Source of the DNA: Chthoniobacteraceae bacterium
Lineage (GTDB): Bacteria > Verrucomicrobiota > Verrucomicrobiia > Chthoniobacterales > Chthoniobacteraceae
Direction of reading: 5' to 3'
Assembly (NCBI GenBank): GCA_031409655.1
Contig: JANNXQ010000294.1
Location: forward strand, 1 to 24,445
Length of the DNA: 24,445 nucleotides
A program made the position numbers and the translations under genes. The notes under the pieces were generated by a model. It did no database searches. It was not told the origin of the DNA and was given only the letters and a program-made list of their open reading frames with translations. Below are positions 1-7,516 of the stretch, piece after piece (within the stretch, counting starts at the first letter, position 1; the number at the start of each line of letters is the position of its first letter).

Positions 1-407
1 GCAGCGACGACGTGCCCGAAGTCATGCACCGCGACGATGTGCGGGTGATTCAGCGCCGCGAGCGACTGCGCCTCCTTTTCAAAGCGCGCCGCGAACTGCG
101 GATCATCCGCCCGCTCCGGTGCCAGCAGCTTCAGCGCGACCAGCCGGTTCAGCGATTTCTGCCGCGCCTTATAGACCACACCCATGCCGCCGCGTCCGAG
201 GCATTCGAGGATTTCGAGCTGCGGGAAATACGGTCCAAGTTCCTCCGGCGAGAGCGTCTTTTGCGACGAGGCTGGCTCCGCATCGATCTGCGTCGCCTCC
301 ATCGCCTCGGCCATGAGACAGCGCGGGCAAAGTCCCGCCGTGGCCGCCGAGGGCAGGACGGCTCCACACTTCGGGCAGGAGTTCGGAGATAAAGTGGATT
401 CGCTCAT
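1..407 (-). CDS. Hanks-type Ser/Thr protein kinase with N-terminal zinc-ribbon motif (5' part; runs off the window)
   Basis: Manual translation from ATG at 407: MSESTLSPNSCPKCGAVLPSAATAGLCPRCL...LEILECLGRGGMGVVYKARQKSLNRLVALKLL...RFEKEAQSLAALNHPHIVAVHDFG. This shows the Gly-rich loop, the VALK lysine and the helix-C Glu. It is absent from the ORF track because there is no stop inside the window. Confidence 0.95.
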   Translation of the reverse strand, partial: MSESTLSPNSCPKCGAVLPSAATAGLCPRCLMAEAMEATQIDAEPASSQKTLSPEELGPYFPQLEILECLGRGGMGVVYKARQKSLNRLVALKLLAPERADDPQFAARFEKEAQSLAALNHPHIVAVHDFGHVVA

Positions 408-415
408 GCCCCTGT

Positions 416-442
416 CCTGACGTGTTGGTGGGGATTGGTTAC
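416..442 (-). promoter_or_regulatory. Putative ECF-dependent promoter upstream of the kinase (GTAACC-N14-CGTCAGG)
   Basis: Minus strand GTAACCaatccccaccaacaCGTCAGG, ending 8 nt before the kinase ATG. It matches 1247-1273 at 23/27 positions and has the AAC/CGT cores typical of ECF promoters. Confidence 0.7.
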
Positions 443-455
443 CAAGATTGTTTCC

Positions 456-1217
456 TCAACTTCCCAAGGCTGCGAACAACGCGCGCATCTCGGCCTCGAC
501 CGAGCCGGGGTCATCCAGCGTGCCCGCGACCTCCGCCTTCAGCACCTCGCGGAAACGCCGCTTCAACCGATGCACCGCGACCTTCAGCGCGTTCGCATTC
601 ATCCCGCAACCGGCCGCCAGCGCCGTCTGGTCGCCGTGTGCGGCCTCGCCGGTGAGCCACGGTTTCACTCCCTCGAAAAACTCCGCGCGTCCCTCGGCGA
701 CGCATTCCAGCCGCAGCGCTTCCAGTGCGCGCGCCAGCACCGTGATCGCCCATTGCCGGTCGAAGGCCGCGTCTGGTGAGAGCACACTGGCGTCCACCAC
801 CGAGCGCGCCTCGCCCGCATCTGTGTCATTCAGCGAAATGTTTTCCGCACCGCCACCACGCTTGAGCCGCCGCGCCGCCTCACGATGATGCGAAAGAAAG
901 TTCTTCACCGCGCCGAGCAGATAGGAGCGGAAGCGCCCGCGATCCTGCTGCGCATGGGCGATGGCCCCGCCGGCCAGCACGTTCGCAAAGAAATCGTGCG
1001 CGAGGTCACGCGCGCCATCCGCGTCGCGCAGTTCGCAGCGGAGGAATGCGGCGACCGGTTCGTAATAGGCCTCGCACAACTCGACCAGCGCCCGCCGTCC
1101 CTCGGGCGATTCCGCCTTCGCGCGGCTGACCTGCGTCCACCGCGTGGTCCGAAAGTCCTCGCCAAGCCGCTCCCGTGGCAGAGGACTGGTCGTGACGGGC
1201 GTTGGTTCAGTGGTCAT
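456..1217 (-). CDS. ECF sigma-70 factor, Ser/Thr-kinase-associated type (253 aa)
   Basis: From ATG 1217: MTTEP...FRTTRWTQV...ALVELCEAYYEPVAAFLR...ARDLAHDFF...GRFRSYLLGAVKNFL (sigma region 2) and ...ALAAGCGMNANALKVAVHRLKRRFRE (region 4 HTH). It lies directly upstream of the kinase. The track ORF 456..1781 is over-extended. Confidence 0.92.
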   Translation of the reverse strand: MTTEPTPVTTSPLPRERLGEDFRTTRWTQVSRAKAESPEGRRALVELCEAYYEPVAAFLRCELRDADGARDLAHDFFANVLAGGAIAHAQQDRGRFRSYLLGAVKNFLSHHREAARRLKRGGGAENISLNDTDAGEARSVVDASVLSPDAAFDRQWAITVLARALEALRLECVAEGRAEFFEGVKPWLTGEAAHGDQTALAAGCGMNANALKVAVHRLKRRFREVLKAEVAGTLDDPGSVEAEMRALFAALGS

Positions 1218-1246
1218 CGGGGCTTGGCGAAAGCATGCCGCAGATG

Positions 1247-1273
1247 CCTGACGTTTTGGAGGGGAAAGGTTAC
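1247..1273 (-). promoter_or_regulatory. Putative ECF autoregulatory promoter (GTAACC-N14-CGTCAGG)
   Basis: Minus strand GTAACCtttcccctccaaaaCGTCAGG, upstream of the sigma ATG at 1217. This is the second copy of the 416-442 motif. Confidence 0.7.
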
Positions 1274-1415
1274 GGGCATCTGTCCGCCACTTTACAGGCT
1301 CACGGAAACTACTGACCTGTCCTTTTGTGCGGGGGTTTTTGTCTGCAAAGACGAAATGCGTGTCGCGCCCAGTTGCGCAGTTGCCGGTCGGTGTGCATTT
1401 CTCGTGCGAACTCCC

Positions 1416-1817
1416 ATGACCAGACAACTCTCCACCCTGCTCGCACTGCTTGTCGCCCTCACGCTCCCCGCCTTGGCCGCTCCGCCCAAAGTCGTGAAAG
1501 CCACTCCGGGCAACAACGAACTGGAGGTCAATCCAAGTCTTTCCGAACTCCGCATTGTCTTCGCCCAGCCCATGAATCCCGGCGGCAGGTCGGTGGTCAA
1601 CTCCAGCCGCGGCGTTCTCCCCGATTTCGTTGGCAAACCCCGCTGGGAAGACGACCGCACCTTTCGCTCTCATTACGAAGCTGAGGGCTTCGTAATGGAC
1701 AGTTTCCGGGGAAGCTCTGCTTCGCGGGTGGTGGCGGCGCGTGAACCGACCGCCCCACACCGCGCAATGGAATTGCCCCACGCAAGTGCGTCACCAAGTC
1801 CTCAACTTGGTGACTAG
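1416..1817 (+). pseudogene. Secreted Ig-like (Big_5/SbsA-like) domain gene, apparently truncated
   Basis: Signal peptide MTRQLSTLLALLVALTLPALA, then PPKVVKATP...VNPSLSELRIVFAQPMN...GKPRWEDDRTF. The domain-like character is lost after about 1665. Confidence 0.55.
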
Positions 1818-3020
1818 GAAAGGCAGCAAAGGGTATCGCCCCGGCGAGGAAGCAGCAGAAGTCGGCGCTCGCGTTTTTCGGCAGGGACATCACCGAACTC
1901 GCGAGGCGCGGCAAATTGGAGCCGGTGATCGGTCGGAAGGACGAGATTCTCCGGGTGGCGCGGATTCTTTCGCAGAAGCGCAAAGCCAACCCTGTCCTCG
2001 GCGGTGAACCGGGCGTCGGCAAGACCGGGATCGTGGAGGGGCTGGCGCAGCGGATTGCATCGAGCGAGTGCCCGGAGTTTCTGCGCGCCGCGAGGATCGT
2101 GGAAATTTCCATGTCCGCGCTCATCGCTGGCGCGCAGTATCGCGGAGAATTCGAGGAGAGATTGCAGGCGGTCATCAAGGAGGCCGAGCAGCAGCCGGAA
2201 GTGATCCTCTTTATCGACGAAATCCACACACTTGTGGGCGCTGGCGCGGGTGGCGGTTCGACGATGGACGCTGCCAATATCCTCAAGCCCGCGCTGGCCC
2301 GTGGCAGCATCAGGCTCATCTGGGCGACGACTACGGCAGAGTATCGCCGGGACATTGAAAAAGACCCGGCTTCCAAGCCGTGTGGGTGGAGGAACCGACG
2401 CGCGATGAAGCGGTGGAGATTCTGCGCGGGCTGCGCACGCGCTTCGAGGTGCATCACGGGGTCGGGATCGCGCCGGACGCATTGGAGGCCGCCGTGGATT
2501 TGTCCATCCCCTACCTCCACGACTTTCGGCTGCCGGACAAGGCCATCGACTTGGTGGATCAGGCTTGCGCGATGGCGATACTGCGGTCGTTGAAAGTAGT
2601 CCACGACTTCAGTCGGCAAGAGCGCTGCCACGGTTTGACCGACTGAAGTCGCTGACTACTTACGCAGTTCGCCGGCAATGAGCGTGAAAGACTGCTGCGC
2701 ATCGAGGCGACGCTGGACGAGCGGGTGAAGGGGCAGGCGCAGGCGATCAGCGCGGTGGCCGATGCCGTCCGCGTGGCCCGCTCTGGCATGAATGACCCGA
2801 GCAAGCCGACGGCAGTGCTCCTTTTCGCCGGCCCGACGGGCACCGACAAAACGGAACAGGCGCGGCGCGCGCGGAATTCCTGTTCGGCTCGGAGGCGAAC
2901 CCGCTGCACTTCGACATGAGCGAATACCTGGAGGAGCACTCCATCTCGAAGCTCATCGGCTCGCCGCCCGGTTACATCGGACACGATGAAGGCGGCAGGC
3001 TCACCGATGTCCGCACGGGG
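1814..3020 (+). pseudogene. ClpA/ClpB/ClpC-family AAA+ ATPase pseudogene
   Basis: NBD1: [57 protein letters not shown]. Frameshift at ~2370, then [13 protein letters not shown], a stop at 2644-2646, NBD2 VKGQ...GPTGTDKT, frameshift at ~2870, FDMSEY...[20 protein letters not shown], then truncation. No N-domain or start codon was found. Confidence 0.9.
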
Positions 3021-3033
3021 GAGGCTCCATTCC

Positions 3034-3540
3034 TCAAACACGCAGCTTGTCCAGATCCGGGTCGGACTTGGCGAAGTCGCGGAATTTCTTGTCGAGGGCG
3101 AAGCTTTTTTCGAGGTGCAGGCGGGCGAGGTCGAGGTTGCCGAGGCGGCATTCGTAGCAGGCGAGATTGTAGTGATAAGTCGGCTCGCTGTGCAGGGCTT
3201 CCGGGCCGCCGAGGAGAATCTCCCGCGCTTGTTCGGTGTGGCCGAGTTCGTGGAGGCAGAAGGCGCTGTGGATGTAACCCGCGCTGCGGTCCGGCGCGAC
3301 GTGACAGAGTTCCTGGCTCACCTTGAGCGCGGCTTTCCAGTCGCGCTCCTGCATCCGCACGAGCAGGCGGAGTTCGAGCGCGGCGGGATGTTTGCGCACC
3401 TTCGGCGGGAGAGCGTCGAGTTCTTCGAGCGCCTCGTCGAGCATCCCGAGTTCGCTGTAACCCTGCGCGGCGAGCAGGCACCTTTCGTGGCCTTCGAGCG
3501 CGGGGTCTGAGTCAGTGGACATTGCTTCTGCGATGATCAT
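3034..3540 (-). CDS. Tetratricopeptide-repeat protein
   Basis: Helical TPR patterns ([58 protein letters not shown]) and a C-terminal AKSDPDL motif. An alternative start is at 3522. Confidence 0.85.
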   Translation of the reverse strand: MIIAEAMSTDSDPALEGHERCLLAAQGYSELGMLDEALEELDALPPKVRKHPAALELRLLVRMQERDWKAALKVSQELCHVAPDRSAGYIHSAFCLHELGHTEQAREILLGGPEALHSEPTYHYNLACYECRLGNLDLARLHLEKSFALDKKFRDFAKSDPDLDKLRV

Positions 3541-3569
3541 TCTCCGTGCCAGTGGCCGGAGACGCCGTC

Positions 3570-5393
3570 TTACTTGAGCAGTTCCTCGAGTTCCTCGACG
3601 CGCTGCGCAAAGACCTGGAGCGAGGCCTCGACCGGCGCGGGGCTGGACATATCCACGCCCGCGGCCTGGAGCGTGGGGATGGGAAATTGTGAGCCGCCGC
3701 TGCGCAGGAAGCCGAGGAAACGCGTCGCGTCGCCCGTCTGGATCACCTGCTGCGCGAGGCTTACTGCGGCACTCAGTCCGGTGGCATATTTGTACACGTA
3801 GAAGGCGGAGTAAAAGTGCGGGATGCGCAGGGCCTCGAGTTCGAGCGCGGGGTCGATGGAAAACTCGGGACCAAAGTAAGCGTCGAGTAAGCCGCGATAG
3901 GCGCGGCGGAGGCTATCCAGGGTGAGCGGCTCGCCGGCTTCCTCCATCGCGTGGGTGATCTTTTCAAACTCGGCGAACATCGTCTGCCGGATGATCGTCC
4001 CGCGGATGTCGTCGATCTGCCGATTGATCAAATACGCGCGCATCTTCGGATCGCTGGTCTGCTCCAGCAGGAAGTGCGTGAGCAGTTCTTCGTTAAAAGT
4101 GCTCGCAACCTCGGCGAGGAAGATCGGGTAGTCGTAAGTCTGGAAGGGCTGCGCGCGCTGAGCATACCAGGTGTGCATCGAGTGGCCGGCTTCGTGGGCG
4201 AGCGTGTAAACGTCGGAGAAAACGTCGCGCTTGTAGTTCATCAGGATGAAGGGCGGATTGCCGTAACTCGACGAACTGAACGCACCGCTGCGCTTGCCTT
4301 TGTTTTCGTAGCGATCGCACCAGCGGCCACGCAGACCTTCGCCGAGCGTCCGCACGTATTCGTCGCCGAGTGGCGCGAGCGCGGCCAGCACCTTGGCGCA
4401 GGCTTCGTCCCACGAGGTGTCGGTCTCGATGCTCGCGACCATCGGCACGTTCATGTCGTAGGCGTGGACTTCCTTCAGCCCGAGCACCCGGCGGCGCAGT
4501 TCGATGTAGCGGAAGAGCGGCGAAAGATTCCCGCGGACGGAAGCGATGAGATTGTCGTACACCGCGACGGGCACGTCGTCGCGAAAGAGCGCGGCTTCGC
4601 GAGCGGAAGGATAATTGCGGGCGCGAGCGCGGAAGACGTCCGCCTTCACCGAACTCGCAAGCGTCGAGGCCACGGTGAATTTGTGATCGTCAAACTCCGC
4701 GTAGAACTGCTGCCACGCGCGCTGCCGCAACTCCGGATCGCGCTTCACCATGAAGGACGAGTAACTCGACTGCGTGAGCTCGCGCTCGACGCCCTTTTCG
4801 TCGGTGAGCATGCCGAACTTCATGTCCACATTGGTAAGCTGCGAGAAGGTCTCGCTGTGTCCGCTGAGCGCGCTGCCGCCAAGCGCAAGCAGCCGTTCCT
4901 CCGCGGTGCTGAGCGTGTGCGGCTTCAGGCGCCGACGCTTCCGCAAGGGAGTCACCCAATCCGCGAGGACCGGGTCTTTCAAGAACGTGTCGAAGACACC
5001 GTCGTCGATCGCCATGATCTCCGGCTCGACGAAGGACTGGGACTCGCCGATCAGCGTCAGCAGATTTTCAAACTGCCCCTCGCGCGCCAGATGCGCAGAG
5101 TCCGAAGCATCCTCCGAAGTCTTCAGTCCGGCGTAATGCCCGAGCCGTTCGATGCGCAGACCGAGCTCCTTTTCAAACTCCAGCAACGCCCGGAGCGTCG
5201 CAGCAGATGCGCCCACGCGGCCCTTCCAATCCGCGATTTGCGGATAGTCCTGCTGCATGCTGGCAAACGCCACCTGCCAGGCCTCTGCCGTCGGATAGAG
5301 CAGCGTGAGATCCCACGTGTCCTCCAGTTTCACCTGATCCCGCGTGGGAGTACCGCCTCCGCCCTCGTCTTTGTCTAAATGAATCATGCTCAT
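3570..5393 (-). CDS. pepF: Oligoendopeptidase F (peptidase M3B)
   Basis: TWDLTLLY N-terminus, ENKGKRSGAFS, zinc motif TLAHEAGHSMH, FLAEVASTFNE, RIPHFYSAFYVYKYATG; 607 aa. Confidence 0.96.
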   Translation of the reverse strand: MSMIHLDKDEGGGGTPTRDQVKLEDTWDLTLLYPTAEAWQVAFASMQQDYPQIADWKGRVGASAATLRALLEFEKELGLRIERLGHYAGLKTSEDASDSAHLAREGQFENLLTLIGESQSFVEPEIMAIDDGVFDTFLKDPVLADWVTPLRKRRRLKPHTLSTAEERLLALGGSALSGHSETFSQLTNVDMKFGMLTDEKGVERELTQSSYSSFMVKRDPELRQRAWQQFYAEFDDHKFTVASTLASSVKADVFRARARNYPSAREAALFRDDVPVAVYDNLIASVRGNLSPLFRYIELRRRVLGLKEVHAYDMNVPMVASIETDTSWDEACAKVLAALAPLGDEYVRTLGEGLRGRWCDRYENKGKRSGAFSSSSYGNPPFILMNYKRDVFSDVYTLAHEAGHSMHTWYAQRAQPFQTYDYPIFLAEVASTFNEELLTHFLLEQTSDPKMRAYLINRQIDDIRGTIIRQTMFAEFEKITHAMEEAGEPLTLDSLRRAYRGLLDAYFGPEFSIDPALELEALRIPHFYSAFYVYKYATGLSAAVSLAQQVIQTGDATRFLGFLRSGGSQFPIPTLQAAGVDMSSPAPVEASLQVFAQRVEELEELLK

Positions 5394-5397
5394 AGTC

Positions 5398-5847
5398 TCA
5401 GTTCAGGGCACCGCCGTCTTCGGGGTGAAGGTGATCACCACCCTCCACATCCACGGTCCGCACGCGTTTCCGCATCCGGCATTCCTCGACCTGCTTGCGG
5501 ATGGTGTCCTGCAAATTGAGGCTCGCCGGGATGTAGTCGATGAGCACTCGCGGCGAAGTCGTGTCGCCAGTGACGAGTTGCACCGTCTTCAAGCCGAGCA
5601 CGCGCTGGAAGAATGGCTGCGTGACCGCCATGTCATGCACGCGGTAAAGCTCAAGTGTGTCCGTAGCGACGCTGAAAATCCCGCGCTTCGTGATCAGCCG
5701 CTCGGACGTCAGCTCATACTTGGTCGTCTTCACGACGAGCCAGCGATAGATCGCCCACGGGATGGGGATCACGAGCAGGCAGAGTAGAAAGGGACCGAGG
5801 TTCTTCCACTGCGAAGAAGTACCGCTCCAGAGTGTTTGTTCAGGCAT
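5398..5847 (-). CDS. Bacterial PH-domain (bPH_2-like) membrane protein
   Basis: N-terminal TM segment, then KYELTSERLITKRGIFS...ELYRVHDMAVTQPFFQRVLGL; ends 4 nt before pepF. Confidence 0.85.
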   Translation of the reverse strand: MPEQTLWSGTSSQWKNLGPFLLCLLVIPIPWAIYRWLVVKTTKYELTSERLITKRGIFSVATDTLELYRVHDMAVTQPFFQRVLGLKTVQLVTGDTTSPRVLIDYIPASLNLQDTIRKQVEECRMRKRVRTVDVEGGDHLHPEDGGALN

Positions 5848-5853
5848 CCGCGG

Positions 5854-5882
5854 ACACTAAGGGGTGAAGCCGAAACGCGAAA
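5854..5882 (-). promoter_or_regulatory. Possible sigma70-type promoter giving a leaderless mRNA
   Basis: Minus strand TTTCGC-17 nt-TAGTGT-6 nt-ATG(5847), with no Shine-Dalgarno sequence. Confidence 0.4.
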
Positions 5883-6025
5883 GGAGGAAGACGACGGCCC
5901 GCGGCGCAACCACCCACGCCTTGTCGCCGCGCGACGCCAGGCGCAAAATGAAGAGGCCCTTTTTTCCCGGGAGGTTTCTTTCCCGCCTCGGGATTCGGAG
6001 GGTACACCTGGCTCTCAGGAAGCCC

Positions 6026-7510
6026 TCAAAGCATGAAGCCGAGATTCGACGTGGCGAAGCGGCCGATGTTCGGGAAGATCATCGGGATGTCCCCTTCGGA
6101 AACGCCAAACCAGCGCGCGAGGGTGGCGGCGTGCTGATCGACGGCGGTCGTCGGGATCCAGCGACCGACGCCCGTGTCGTCAGGGCCATTGATCGCAAAG
6201 GTGGGAATCTTGCCGTAAGTGCGGCGGCCATTGATGGCACCGCCCATGATCATGCAGTGGCTGCCCCAACCGTGGTCGCTGCCCTGACTATTCGTCGGAA
6301 AGGTGCGGCCGAAATCGCTGGCGGTGAAGGCGGTGACTTTGTCCGCCTGGCCGATCTGCTCCATGGCCCGCTGGAAGGCAAAGAGACACTCGCTCACTTC
6401 ATTGAGCAGATTGGTGTGCGAGCCCGTGGTGGGGTTGAGGTTCGGCGTGAGCGTCACCTGATTGGTGTGGGTGTCGTAGCCGCCGACGGAGCTAAAGAAA
6501 ATCTGCCGCTTCATGTTGAATCCGGGAGGTGACCCACTGGAGGAACGCGGTCCGGCTTCGATCAGGCGCGCGACCATCTTGAGCTGGTTGCCGAGGGTGG
6601 TGTTGGGGAAAGGCGTGTTCCAGACCCAGGTGCCGGGGGGCGTGTCGGTGGACATCGCGGTGCTCTGGATGGCGTTGTTCAAAAGATCACCCGTGGCGAT
6701 GGCGCGCTCACTGACATCCGCGAAGGCGGTGCGCTGGAGATTGACGTGGTTGAGCGCGAGCAAGTCTTTTACCGCCTGCAGGCGCGCACCGGTGAGGCCG
6801 GTTAGGGTCGCCGCGCCGGTGGTGGAGACGTGGTATTGGTTGACGAGCTGGCCAACTTCAAAGGTGTTGGTGCCATTGACCGAGACGGACATGGAAATTT
6901 GTCCGCCAAGGTTGGCCGTGTCGTGCAGCAGATCGCAGAGCCGGCCACCCCAGCCAGTGGTGGGGGGACGGTCGGGGATGGAGGTCTGCCATTGGGTGAC
7001 CTGATCGCTGTGGGAGAAGAGTTGCGGCGGACGGGTGCCCGTGGCGCCGGAGAGATACTCGGCACGGGTGATCGGGCGGACCAGGGAGCCGGCATTGAGC
7101 AGCGGTACGAGTTTCCCTTCGCCAAAGAGCGTCTGCATTTCGACGCACGTGGGATGAAACCCAAAGGTGTGACCGTCCGAATCGGTGTAGGCCGGGTCGC
7201 TGGCATTCGGGCCGGTGCGCAGGGGCAGCAGCGCCGACTGAGGAAGGGCGAGATTGCCGCGGATCTGGGCGTAAGGCGCGTAGTCGGCATTCTGGGTGGG
7301 GACGATCCAGTTATTGGCATCGTTGCCGCCTCCGAGGAAGACACAGACGAGCGCCTTGTAATCGGTGAAGGTGCCCTGGGCGAGCGCAGCATTGATGAGC
7401 CGCAGGTCGCGGATGGTATTGCTGAGCGCGAAGGTTCCGACCGCGGCGCACGAAGCCTGGCGGAGGAAGTCGCGACGGGAGGTCGGTTTCAAGTATTTCT
7501 CGGAGTCCAT
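6026..7510 (-). CDS. DUF1501 family protein with Tat signal
   Basis: TSRRDFL Tat motif; DYKALVCVFLGGGNDANN, PPQLFSHSDQ, GWGGR, GGYDTH, TASDFGRT...NSQGSDHGWG; directly downstream of a DUF1800 gene. Confidence 0.92.
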   Translation of the reverse strand: MDSEKYLKPTSRRDFLRQASCAAVGTFALSNTIRDLRLINAALAQGTFTDYKALVCVFLGGGNDANNWIVPTQNADYAPYAQIRGNLALPQSALLPLRTGPNASDPAYTDSDGHTFGFHPTCVEMQTLFGEGKLVPLLNAGSLVRPITRAEYLSGATGTRPPQLFSHSDQVTQWQTSIPDRPPTTGWGGRLCDLLHDTANLGGQISMSVSVNGTNTFEVGQLVNQYHVSTTGAATLTGLTGARLQAVKDLLALNHVNLQRTAFADVSERAIATGDLLNNAIQSTAMSTDTPPGTWVWNTPFPNTTLGNQLKMVARLIEAGPRSSSGSPPGFNMKRQIFFSSVGGYDTHTNQVTLTPNLNPTTGSHTNLLNEVSECLFAFQRAMEQIGQADKVTAFTASDFGRTFPTNSQGSDHGWGSHCMIMGGAINGRRTYGKIPTFAINGPDDTGVGRWIPTTAVDQHAATLARWFGVSEGDIPMIFPNIGRFATSNLGFML

Positions 7511-7516
7511 AGGTGG

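Noticed and set aside
1218..1781. N-terminal 188 aa of track ORF 456..1781
   Set aside because: It has no sigma-like features, is antisense to the Ig-like gene, and contains the promoter motif. The real start is near 1217.
2365..2880. Programmed frameshifting in the clp gene
   Set aside because: Conserved residues are deleted or mutated, there is an internal stop, and both ends are missing. This fits decay.
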